A DNA stretch of 64,000 bases, taken from NCBI RefSeq assembly GCF_026210795.1, contig NC_089434.1, positions 4,216,001 through 4,280,000 of the forward strand, written 5' to 3'. Below the pieces are notes generated by a model. The model saw only the letters and a list, made by a program, of their open reading frames with translations. It was not told where the DNA came from and made no database searches. Source of the stretch: Rhizophagus irregularis. Its lineage: Eukaryota. Numbering within the stretch: position 1 is the first letter of the stretch; the number at the start of each line of letters is the position of its first letter. Below are positions 1 through 11,045 of this stretch, in pieces. Position numbers and translations under genes: made by a program.

Positions 1-99
1 GTTCTTCCTTTTCTTCCATTATATTATTTATAATCAAGATAATTAAGAAGCAATGATTATAAATAAATAATTTTTATTATATTTGTGGTTCTAACGTTA

Positions 100-248
100 C
101 CGGCAAGACAAATGTCTCACCGATAATCATATCACTGACAAGGGAAATTTAGGATTAAAGAATTAGGGATTTGAATTAGGGTTAGGATAGGGTTAGCGAA
201 TTAAGAAGGATATCAGTGAAATGATTGTCGGTGAAATGAAACTAGCCC
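100..248. mobile_element. Small TIR element (MITE-like) with internal telomere-like TTAGGG repeats
   Basis: Left tctcaccgataatcatatcactga is an imperfect inverted repeat of right tcagtgaaatgattgtcggtgaaa. The interior contains ttaggg/ttagga/tagggttag units. Confidence 0.55.
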
Positions 249-315
249 ATTAAAAGAGAATTATTAAAAGAAAGTTGTTCTACTGGGCTTGTTGGCTTGT
301 TTTAAATAAAAACGA

Positions 316-369
316 TTCAATGTTCGTACATTTGAATCTTACAATTCAATGCTCGTACATTTGAATCTT
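316..369. repeat. Short tandem duplication (~25 bp x2)
   Basis: ttcaatg(t/c)tcgtacatttgaatctt occurs twice in tandem. Confidence 0.8.
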
Positions 370-1454
370 TTAACATTCATTTTATTGCAATTTATAAAAG
401 AGTGAAAAATAAGCAATAAATAATAAGCTTTAATTAGCAATAGTATATTATATATGGTCTTAAGACTATCGCTAGACATTTTTAATTTTAATTTATAAAT
501 GAATGAAATTCTTTGGGGATTAATTATAATTGGATTAAAGGAAGTAATAGGAATTAAATAATAAATTAAAGAAGAGTAATAAGACATAGTAATTTTTTTG
601 ACTCTTCGGGTACTTTTGTTTTTTTGTTTTTTGTAAAAATAAAAAATATTGAAATATTTTTGCCATTTCTCTAGGAATTTTCAGAACCTTTTTATAAGAA
701 AAAAAAATATATTTAACAATCATGCGATTCCATTTTGGGCGTAAAATAAAGCAAAAATTATTAATAAATAGATTAAATGCATTTTTTTCTTTGAACGGAA
801 CATACGGAACATACATAAAACGCGTCAGATGTCAAGTACATTACACGACGTTACATAAAATAAATATGTCATTGCTTTTGTTATCGGCTTACGCCGGCTA
901 TCTTTGCATTGGCTTGCGTAATTACCGCTTTATCTGACTTTCTGACTTTGTTATATAAATAATAGAAATTTATTTTTAGTAAATTTTTGAATGTAAAATT
1001 TTAAATTTTAAATTTATGAACAAAAACTTCGGATTAAAATTCCGATTACAAGTCCAAAAATGTACATTAACAAAGAAAAAATAAATGACTTTGATAAAGA
1101 AAAAAAAAGGAAATGATGTCATAATATATTATGCATTTTTTTCACTAAAAAAAAAAAGCTAAATAATTATAAAACTTTAATAGGCAAATTTATCACACGT
1201 GATATAATCAAAATTTATTTATGTATAAGAGTAGATAAGAGTACATATCCGTGATTAGATTATAATATAAAGAAAAGTCACATTAAATATAGCAGATCAT
1301 CGTTATTGTATGATCATCATACATACAAATTATCGAAAATTTATAGTACTGCTGAGTACAGCTATAAAAATAAAAGAATAAAAATTCAAAATTGTGTACT
1401 AAATTTTCTATTTTTTTTTCTTTTTTTTTCTTAAGAATAAAAAATAAAATAAAA

Positions 1455-1650
1455 AAAAATAAATTAACTAAATATGTTCATTTATTGAATACTTTTCTTT
1501 GATAAAATGCCCAATTTAGGTTCTTTATCTTTTATTAAAAAAAAAATTTTTATCTAAATAAATACTACAAAAGATGGCATATGATCAATTCTGAAACGCC
1601 AACATACATTGAAATTCTTAAAAAGTGTAATATTTTTTTGGAATTATCAT
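1455..1650 (+). repeat. Dispersed repeat with an inverted copy at ~47880-48060
   Basis: attaactaaatatgttc...tttctttgataaaat...aattctgaaacgccaacatacattgaaattcttaaaaagtg aligns by eye with the reverse complement of 47880-48060. Confidence 0.7.
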
Positions 1651-3115
1651 TTAAAACATTTAAAACTTTAAAACCTGTTAGAAACAAGCAAAAAATTGAT
1701 TAACCTATTAAAGATTTTGAAAAAGTATATATATATATTTTTTTTTATTGTGTAAAATTGTAAAAATTCATTGTAAAAATTTTTTTTGCTATACATTTAT
1801 TCGTTTATTCGTTCATTCGTTTATTTTTATGTTTCACATAATTTTGTACCAATTATTCCATAATTAGATTAAAATAATCAACATACTGTATTTTTTTATA
1901 TATGAATAATTTTTTTTTAAATCACTTTTTAATCGTTCCTTTTACAGAAATTCATGTCTTAAATAAGTCTTATATAAATACGCCCTTGATGATCACATTG
2001 TTTCACAGAATTTTTTACGTAATTTCATTTAGATGCCTAGAACAGCCTTATGGAAATTCCTTTCCATCGACCGTTAAAACGCGAAAAAGGAAATATTTTT
2101 GGCCAAGATTATGCTTACGCGTTTGGCCAATGATCTGCAATTTTTTTAAGGCATTATAAATAATACCAGCTATGATTTTGGGGAAAAACGTGTTAATTCC
2201 AATAATTAATAACTAAGCATGCAGTGAATAAAATGATTAGGATAATTTTATATCGTACTTGATCGATAAAAATTATTTTAGAATTTTTCAAAATATTATT
2301 AATAAAAGTCATTGAACAAAGTGATTATGCCATTATGCATATCACATGATATAATGACCATTTATCGTGAAAATAGATGAAAAACTCATATATAGTATAA
2401 GCGCCTAAATTTATTTCAGAAAAGAAAAAAATTAACAAAATATTAGGAATTGGACCAATTGATTACTTGGTGACATCTTCAATTAATAGAATCGATAGAA
2501 GGATAATCATACGGTCGGTGAGCCTCGACCAAAAAAGTCTCAAAAACTCATTTTTAATATTCAGGCGAAACGTATGTAATGAAGCAAAACGAAATGGACT
2601 AAAGCCGCCAGTATTTTATGGAATCAGGCACCACGAAACGATAAAGATATCTATAAGAAATTATCCGATCGCATTCATGATATTCATTTCACAAGAAAGT
2701 TTAAAGGAGTTCAATAAATTTTATTTAATTATATTAAAAAATTTTAATTATATTTTTTAAAAAATTTTTCAATATTCAATAAAATGTAAAACAATAAAAA
2801 AAAACATAAAAATCATTTAAAAAAACGTTTATTTATATATTATTTTTTTATATCGTAATTTTTATGTAATTAAAGCGATACTTTTTTTTCTAAATGTGAT
2901 AATAAAAATCAAATAAAATATAATTAAATACGAGAAAGTAATAAAAAATTCAAACGTTTAATAAAATTTTGACAAAAAATTATCATATAGAAATTACGCG
3001 CTCGATGACATTTAGAACACTAAATCACGGATAGAATCTTGTTCATATTGAAATGTTAACTTTATTTGGGAAATATTTATTAAATGTATTTCTTTTTTTT
3101 CAATCAACTTCACAA

Positions 3116-3215
3116 CCCTATAAAAAAAATTCTGGAAAAAACAATCATTTTTCTAGTTTTATTCCGAAGAAACTCGGGCACGTGATCATTTTTCCAAAAA
3201 AATTTTTTTATAGGG
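3116..3215 (+). mobile_element. 100-bp MITE with CCCTATAAAA termini (family A), 3-bp TSD; CMC/CACTA-like by inference
   Basis: ccctataaaaaaa ... tttttataggg, flanked by caa/caa. The core ttattccgaagaaactcgggcacgtgatcatttt recurs at ~16115 (inverted), ~17680 and ~58780. Confidence 0.8.
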
Positions 3216-3366
3216 CAACAAATCGAACTGATTATTCTATATCTTTATAATAAAAAAAATAAACATTCGTATTGAATTAGATCTGTTTTGAATTAATTTG
3301 GATAATTCAAATAAATTCTGGCTTCTAAATTAACGATTATTTTATGTATGGTGATAGTACTATATT

Positions 3367-5315
3367 CTATTGGTTATCAGATGTTATTTTTGGAACAATC
3401 TCTTCGAGTAATTTTTGTATATGCTCATATTCTTGCACCTCTTCTTCTTCATTATAATCAAGCCATTCCTTCTGCTTCTCGATTGATTCTTTTATAGCGC
3501 TCTGTACGACATCATCCTAAATCCAAATTTATGTTTTACTATATAAATAAAAATTAAAATACGATCAAGTAGATAAGATTAATAACCAGAGATACTTACT
3601 TTAATTGTGTTTTTTTAAGTTGTGCACGTAACTTTCAAAGTAACTTTGTGCTTGCATTTTTCTACAATTATTTCATTTTCTGCACGATCATTCTCAGCTT
3701 TGGCAGCTGCTGTTATTATTAAAAACAATGTGTTAAATAAAATGATAATAACAAATAATTAAATGTATATTTAAAATTCATCACAAACTCATCTTCTTTT
3801 GACAATCCATTATTTATTATAATTTCATTTTTGTTTACTATTCTACCATGATTATCAACAGCAGAAGCCTATAATTTAATAAAAACTGAAGTCAATAATT
3901 AATTTCAAAATTTGATAATAAAAATGTGCTACCAATATGTACACTTTTAGTACAAAGTTGAGACTGAGATTGAAGGTGACTTCAATGTTCGAGAAATTGG
4001 AATCGAAATTCCCCGATCAAGTAATGATAAATTTCGCCATCATATACTTTAATCGATACAGATTTTTTGAGGAATACGATCTAAATAGTTGTTAGGGACG
4101 TTCTCTTGCTTGATGAGAATTATTAATTCAAATTTCGAAAATTTATGACTTTTTGATGGATATTACGGTTAGGGATGGCAACGGTTATGATCATAACCGT
4201 TTAACCGACCGTTTGACCAACCATTTAACATTTGAATGACCATTTTTAACCATTTGACCGACCATTTAACCAATTATTTAAGTAAAATGGTATAACCGAC
4301 TATTTAACCGACCGTTTAACCAACCAATTTTTAACCGACTATAACTGACCGTTTAAATTGCTATAACCGATTATAACCGACCATAACCCGACCGTTGCCA
4401 TCCCTAATTACGGTATTACGCTCAATAAACGGAGTTATTACGCCACCAGAAGTCACGACATTAAAAGGTAAAAAGGTAAAGCAGTCATCACGTATAAGAA
4501 TATCTTTAATCTTTTTAGAAGTGTCACCTGATAAAATAGCAGCTTGTGCAGCAGCACTATAAACAGCAGCCTCATCAGAATTAATAGATATAATTAAAAT
4601 TAAATAATTTTTTTATTCCTCTTTTGAATTCTTGGAATATGAACTTGATTTTTGATTATTTTTGTATCGTTAATTACTTTCCTAATAAGTTTTATTGCAG
4701 AATAAAACAATTATTCAATTTCTCGAATTTGTCACGATCTAAAGAACTGTATTGCCTTTGATGTAAAAAATTGAATCGTCATACATAAAGAACACGTAGT
4801 TTTATTAAAATTCTTTTTATCGGTATCATGAATCAATTCATACTTTGAAAGAATATGTTTTGTACGTTCACATTTTGATCTTAAACGACAAAGATCACTC
4901 ATGGATTGACTTTTCCCTTTAATTCTTGTACAAAATGATTTACTAGACGATAAGATTATTGTTACCAACAACGGCTTTTACTTCAAAAATTCCTTTATCA
5001 AAAGCTACTAAGAGAGGCACTACAAGTACCACCATCAAAGACATAAATATTTTGTTTCCCGGTAACTTTCATTTTCAACCCATACGTGATGGCTGCCGAT
5101 TAACGATACGAATTCATCAAACCAGCATTCTTTATATCTTGATATTGAGAAATATTCAGTTAGGTAACGCAATCACTACTTTTTTAACATATCGGTCTTC
5201 CTCGATTTCTTTCATTTAATTAACAGGAAAGAGACAATTTCCTCAGGGGTGGAATCTTTATTTTCACCTTTGTAAATTACACGAATGCGTAGGTTTCGAT
5301 GACATTAAATGGCCA
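3367..5315 (-). pseudogene. HSP70: Hsp70-family pseudogene (5'-truncated, frameshifted, introns retained, MITE-interrupted)
   Basis: Minus-strand translation gives Hsp70 blocks in the expected order: WPFNVI, YKGENKDSTPEEI, AAITYGL, VFDGGT, GIFEVKAVVG, LCRLRSKCERTKHILS, SINSDEAAVYSAAAQAAILSGDTS, GGVITPFIERNTVIPS, IEVTF, GLSKED, FESYVHNL, EWLDYNEEEEVQEYEH. A GT-AG intron is visible at ~3518-3600. Confidence 0.88.
4170..4406. mobile_element. 237-bp hAT-type MITE inserted in the Hsp70 pseudogene
   Basis: Perfect 16-bp TIR tagggatggcaacggt / accgttgccatcccta. Perfect 8-bp TSD attacggt (4162-4169, 4407-4414). Interior built of aaccgacc-like subterminal repeats. Confidence 0.93.
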
Positions 5316-5715
5316 ATACTAATATTATAATAATTTGTGTAATAAAAAATGAAATAAAATAATTTTAATTATTTATTCTTCAATAGATCAATAGATTCAA
5401 ATTTTTTTTTTGAAAATCAAAAGTATTATTCCAAAAATATAGAATCGTTGATTGAATATTAAGCTTTATCGCAAAAAAAGTTCAAATACTCAATTTTACG
5501 TTATATATATATATAAAATTGTGGTAAACATTTTTTATTTGTAACATATAGTAATACGATTCTTATTAATCGAAAGTAAGAACCAATTTTTTCCAAAAAT
5601 TCACTATTACAAAACTTCAAACTTAATATTACATATAACGAAAAGAAATAATACAAATTTACATATTTAATAAAATATAAACACATGTGATAAATTATGA
5701 CTGAGCTATTTTACT

Positions 5716-7182
5716 TTAAGTTTCATAGTATATATTAATTTCAGAATCACACCTAAATTCTTTAACTACTCCAATTTCTTTGTATTTATCGATCAATTTC
5801 ATATAGTCATCTCCCTTATACATAGGATCAGATGTAAGTATAGTAAGTGCAGGTCGGTTCTTCCAATTTTTAAAGAAAGTCTCCAAATTTTTTAAAGTAA
5901 ATTGAAATTCTTCAAAAAACCTAATTTCTCTTAGATTTGTTGGTGCCGATCTAACCAATATCTTTAATAATTCTCTTCCGGTTTCTTCTTTATTAATAGT
6001 TGATATACTTAATAATAATGATTTCAAAGCTTGACAACTTTTTAATAACGTTTCAAATTCTCTGAAATGATTCGCTGTTGATGGAAATAGTAATGACAAA
6101 TATTCAACCGAAGGACAATTTTGATGGATTTTACGAATAAAATTAAGAGAACCTTCATTAAGGTTATCATACCAATATCCATAATCAATATATCTTAATA
6201 AAATTTCTCTGAGATGTTCTCCATTATTTTCAATTATAACAGAAGCATCATTTAACGAAATGAAATCAATATTAAAGGTCTCAAGTTCACGATACCCCAA
6301 CATTTTTAATTTGATTTCAGAAAAATAAATATAAACATTATTAATTATTAACGTTTTTAATTTATGAAGTTTAGTGAGTACATCTTGAATGATTGTGTGT
6401 TCATAACAATCAATAAAATTAAGGAACATTATTAAATGATTAAGAGAGTCAGCTTTTGTTACTAATGCAAGAAAAATTTCTTTATAAGGATCTTCTTGTA
6501 TAAAATCTTCTTCATTAAAATCATCCCTCAACTCAAAATATTTTAGATTTCTTTGATTTTCAATTAATTGGACTAATCCTTGATTCATTTTCATTTTTTT
6601 GTTTATAATAATGAGCCTTTGAATATTTTGGCAAAAACGTGCTAATCCATGGAAGTAAGAAGAACCAATAGATGTATCACATGTTAATTCGTAAAGTGGT
6701 TCAAGTCGATCCTTAGCTCCTGGAAAGTAAAATATTTGATGCTGAAGTGATATAATATTAATATACTTAAATTCGGAACATTTCTTCATTAAAAGATTGT
6801 AAATTTCTAGTTGTAAAAAAAATTGATTATGTGATTCTGAAGTTCCTATAGAAATTATATCATTCAATATGTCTACATCTATACTTCTGCAATAAGATAA
6901 GTAATCAAATAAAAGAGGAGGTTGGTGTAAAATGGAAGGTAAGAAGATTTCTTGGCTTATTAGAGATTCTTTAATATCATCTGGTAAACAGGAGATAATG
7001 AAAGAGTATAATGAATTTTTATTACGATAATTAATATCATAGCACCAAGGATTTTTCCATAAAATTGGAATAACAGTTTCGCACCAAAGCCTATTAACCA
7101 TTAGGCATGAAAAGAGAGATTTGGAATCTTTTTGTAATTCTTTGAAAATTAAAAATAGAATATCTTTGTTAAGTTTAGGCAT
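5716..7182 (-). CDS. F-box domain / LRR(RNI-like) protein, 488 aa, single exon
   Basis: Long uninterrupted ORF. N-terminal F-box-like LNKDILFLIFKEL..LFSCLMVNRLWCETVIPILWKNP, then LxxL repeats, typical of the expanded Glomeromycotina family. Confidence 0.88.
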   Translation of the reverse strand: MPKLNKDILFLIFKELQKDSKSLFSCLMVNRLWCETVIPILWKNPWCYDINYRNKNSLYSFIISCLPDDIKESLISQEIFLPSILHQPPLLFDYLSYCRSIDVDILNDIISIGTSESHNQFFLQLEIYNLLMKKCSEFKYINIISLQHQIFYFPGAKDRLEPLYELTCDTSIGSSYFHGLARFCQNIQRLIIINKKMKMNQGLVQLIENQRNLKYFELRDDFNEEDFIQEDPYKEIFLALVTKADSLNHLIMFLNFIDCYEHTIIQDVLTKLHKLKTLIINNVYIYFSEIKLKMLGYRELETFNIDFISLNDASVIIENNGEHLREILLRYIDYGYWYDNLNEGSLNFIRKIHQNCPSVEYLSLLFPSTANHFREFETLLKSCQALKSLLLSISTINKEETGRELLKILVRSAPTNLREIRFFEEFQFTLKNLETFFKNWKNRPALTILTSDPMYKGDDYMKLIDKYKEIGVVKEFRCDSEINIYYET

Positions 7183-7983
7183 TTTTTACTCAATAATAAA
7201 GAAAGAACGTTTAATAATCTGTTATAACTAGAAAGCCTGGGAATTTATAATTACAGAGGACAAAAATAAAAGGAACAAAACCCCTTAAAATTTATGAATG
7301 AAACTAAATTTATATAACGGAACCGAACTCCGAACCAATTGGATCATTCCGTGAGACTAAACATTTGTTCAAAGTAATATTTCACAAAATGTTAATTTAG
7401 GACGTTAATTACCTGATTAGTCCATACTTCTACGCTCGATGACGATATGTTGATGCCCATCCGGCACGTGATGATGTACAGCAATTAGACTTTCAATGGC
7501 ACCTCGGACTTTATAACGGTTTCCCCGAAGGGTGAAGATTTAGGCAGTTTAGTATAATGAATTTCATGTATCATATATTTTCTTTAACAATAAAAAAAAT
7601 AACGGTTTCCGCTGCCTAATAGTTTACTAATTATTAATAGTGAACTTGTTCATAAAAAGTAATAATACAATGAAGTTATATGTATTTTTATATGTTTCAT
7701 ATGAAATATATTTATGTATGTATGCGTGAAAACATGATTTAAGCGTTCATCACATATTATTAATTACCTAAATCTATAAAGTTTATATTTTCTGAAATTA
7801 TTATGAAGATCGGTTCGTAATTTTTTATAGATTTATTTTATTCAATGAGAAAAACTTTCTTATTCAGTTATTATACACGGATATATTTATAAGAAATTAA
7901 ACTTTTTCATGAATTTTAAACAAATACAAAACATTACCGCCTGCACGTGACTTAATAAATTCACTACGTCAAATTAGATATCC

Positions 7984-8090
7984 GGACTTTTCGCCGAAGT
8001 CCATTTCACCGAAACTCATTTCGCCGAATTCCATTTTGCCGAAACCATTTTATCGAATGGACATTTTGCCAAATGGACATTTCGCCGAAA
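7984..8090. repeat. Array of ~7 x 15-16 bp units (catttcgccgaa), probable subterminal repeats of one DNA transposon end
   Basis: Repeated catttcaccgaa/catttcgccgaa/cattttgccgaa. No matching opposite end was seen. Confidence 0.65.
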
Positions 8091-8484
8091 ATTATTTATT
8101 CATTAGGTTATTTATTGTTTTTATACTAAATACATAAAGAATGTTTCTAGAAAAATTTTCGAATTAGCTGGTTTTTATTAAATTCGCCTCTTGTTTATAA
8201 TATATTACGGTAATAACCTTTTTTTTAATTACTTTTTCGTGAATAAATATTTTCAGGAAAATAAAGTTATTTATTTATTTCTTAACAATTAATATCAGTT
8301 ACTTGAATGTTAATAATAATATCCTATAATAAATTATACCAATTTTTTTTTTATTCTATTAATGTTTTTATAAATAAAAATAAAAAGAAAATAATTTTTG
8401 CAATGACTCGTGCGAAAATAGCTACACAAAATACATAACCTAAAGAGGAGAATTTATTTTAGAATATGAAATATTTAAATTTGA

Positions 8485-9490
8485 GATATGCTTATTCATT
8501 TGTAATATTTACCCGTTGTAGCTCCGTCTTTACTACTCCAAATGTAACCGCAGCACCACCTGCACCTTCTTCGACTCCGTATCACTAAATGGCCTGCCGC
8601 GCATGGAGTTTTGCTTGTTTGGTAACTAAATGTGCATAATACACTGGCGGTACCTATTTAAATATAAGACAATTATTACTATTACTGCATACAATAATAA
8701 CAAATGCAATTTAAAATCTTACCAAAGGTACCGAACGCGTACATCGCGTGTATAATGACAATGTTTGTAACCTAAATTATTAAATATATAAATTAGTTAC
8801 TATATTAAACTTATTAAATTAAATTAAAATTAACTTACATGTTTGGATAAAGCCGTGCATGGAAGAAATTTTGGGTAGATTGTGTTCCTATTATCATCAT
8901 ATAGAACAATAGTGAGCTGACCAATAACCCAGCGTGACTTTGCAAACTATTAAGGATTTTAAAATCATTTAGAAATGTTTGTTATAAATTGTATATCAGT
9001 ATATGTTAATGTAAATTAAAATTACTTACAAAAGTCGAATTCAAACGGATGGGTTATAACTGTATCGATTACTGTAACAGGAAGACAATTTCCGATCGAT
9101 CTGTATCACATCTATCTATTGGGAAAATACGTGTGATAAACGTGATCGTAGGATTATAATCATCGTCAAGAGGCTATTATAATTAAAAGTTAGCAAAATA
9201 AATCAATCAAATAACGAAAAGCATGAATATGTAATAAGTACTTTTAATCGCTTCTACTTCAGTAGCTTTTATGTTTCCGAATTGGCTTTCAGAAACCCGT
9301 CTCGATAAATAATATTCTTTCAGGCTTTTGCCTACAAGTCTGATAGAACGCTTTAATAACTCCTTAACCATGTTCACTAAATCGGCGATGATCCTTTTTG
9401 GATTTTGATCGATGCAGCATAACGGGATGCTTTAGCGACCACAGTGGCAGTAACTGTGGTGATAGATGGTCGTTCGTTGCTGCATATAAA
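8485..9490 (-). pseudogene. AGO: Argonaute pseudogene (PIWI-domain exons only)
   Basis: Five intron-separated blocks: RPSITTV..ASRYAASIKIQ..IIADLVNMVKELL..FYQTCRQKPERILF/YRDG/VSESQF; YNPTITF..HTRIFPIDR..NCLPVTVIDTVITHPFEFDF; LQSHAGLL..AHY..VLYDDN; LQTLS..YTRCTRSV; VPPVYYAHLV. Several frameshifts and short deletions (for example the QKRH segment is missing). Confidence 0.92.
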
Positions 9491-9646
9491 CTTTAGTTCA
9501 CATTTAATAAAAGAATGCAGGAAGTTCACATCTTTAAAATTTTGCAAATAGCTGATTAATTAATTAGTAGCTATTGTTGATAATTCATCTTCTTACATTA
9601 ATAATAATGCAGTAATATTAGTAATATTTAAATGTTGAGTAACTAT

Positions 9647-10325
9647 CCCTATAAAAAAAGTTGATCCATTTTTTATATTCCATCTTTTTTTCGTAAAAGG
9701 CTTATATCCTCGGAATTAATAACCTTATTAGTCCAGAGCGAAGCGAAGGACTAAATACTATTCGTGTCGGTTTCACAAATGTCCTGTTGTCCGCCCGCTC
9801 ACTGTGTGAGTCGATAGCCATCCATTCGTACGGGTACGTCAGAAACCGGAGCAGCCAAAGGCTGTGATGGTTGTTTTTCTTGACGTACGCACGTAACTTT
9901 CTTGGTTGTACTTACTGGTCGACTTTAGAATTGATTTTAAGGGTTTAATAGCCTCTTTGTAACCTTACTTTCTTTTTTGACATTGACGCTTTGCTAGCAA
10001 AGCGCACGCGGCACCCGTATTGGTTCTTTTGGTTATACGTTACTCTTTGTTTATGCATGATAAAAATAGAACCTATTATTTGAAAAACAATGAAAATAAA
10101 TGATAATTTTGTTTAAACTGAATTTTATAATGACAAAACATCCTTTTTTTGATATTTCAATTAAATTTACCGTGTTTAATTAAGTTGCTCCAGACTCCCA
10201 ACGGTTACCATTCCCTAGTATTACAGAATTTATCAAATTATTTACATTTTCCGTGAATGGATATCCGTGAAAGGCTCATTTTTACGGAGTTTTTATAGAA
10301 ATAACGGATAAAATATTTTATAGAG
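9647..10325 (+). mobile_element. CCCTATAAAA-terminus MITE (family B) with 3-bp TSD, carrying a nested ~490-bp insertion
   Basis: ccctataaaaaaag ... ttttatagag, flanked by tat/tat. Both halves align with the uninterrupted copy at 14800-14984. Confidence 0.85.
9729..10219 (+). mobile_element. Nested non-autonomous Helentron/HINE(DINE-1)-like element
   Basis: Absent from the 14800 copy. 5' hairpin tagtcc-agagcgaagcgaa-ggacta, a GTCY-like tract, an imperfect subterminal inverted repeat (agtccagagc / gctccagact), a short 3' stem-loop ending in ctagt, and no TSD. Confidence 0.6.
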
Positions 10326-10385
10326 TATAACGTATAAAATACGGTAACATCGAACTAAGAAGAATAAAATTCACAGAGAAATATT

Positions 10386-11045
10386 AATTAAATATTTGTG
10401 GCTAAATTTTCTTTGTGGCTTACTGCATTATGATGATGATCAAGAATTGCGTTTTTAAGTTAAAATTGAATTACTGATGCGAAATCAGCGTTCAAGATGC
10501 TGATTAAATATTTGTGGCTATATTTTCTTTGTGGCTTACTGCATTATGATGATCAAGAATTGTGTTTTTAAGTTAAAATTGAATTACTGATGCGAATTAG
10601 CGTTCAAGATGCTGATTAAATATTTGTGGCTATATTTTCTTTGTGGCTTACTACATTATGATGATCAAGAATTGCGTTTTAAGTTAAAATTGAATTACTG
10701 ATGCGAATTAGCGTTCAAGATGCTGATTAAATATTTGTAGCTAAATTTTCTTTGTGGCTTACTGCATTATGATGATCAAGAATTGTATTTTTAAGTTAAA
10801 ATTGAATTACTGATGCGAATTAGCGTTCAAGATGCTGATTAAATATTTGTAGCTAAACTTTCTTTGTGGCTTACTGCATTATGATGATCAAGAATTGCGT
10901 TTTTAAGTTATTGAATTACTGATGCGAATCAGCCGATTACAAAATTTGTGGCTAAATTTTTCTTTATGGCTTAATGTATTAAGATTATCAAGAATTGCGT
11001 AGTAACTTTGAATTACTGACAAGAATCAGCATCAAGAATCCTGAA
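10386..11045. repeat. Tandem satellite, ~112-bp unit, about 5.5-6 copies
   Basis: The tgattaaatatttgt unit starts at 10501, 10613, 10724 and 10836, with degenerate first and last copies. Confidence 0.95.

Noticed and set aside
339..3250. Short ORFs of 65-97 aa (and similar ones throughout, e.g. 12100, 17037, 40882, 43401, 46418, 51436)
   Set aside because: Low-complexity F/I/K/L/N-rich translations expected by chance in AT-rich DNA, with no recognisable motifs.
10386..11045. CRISPR-like reading of the regular repeats (also 42712-42985 and 7984-8090)
   Set aside because: Whole units repeat with no unique spacers, there are no cas genes, and the context is eukaryotic.
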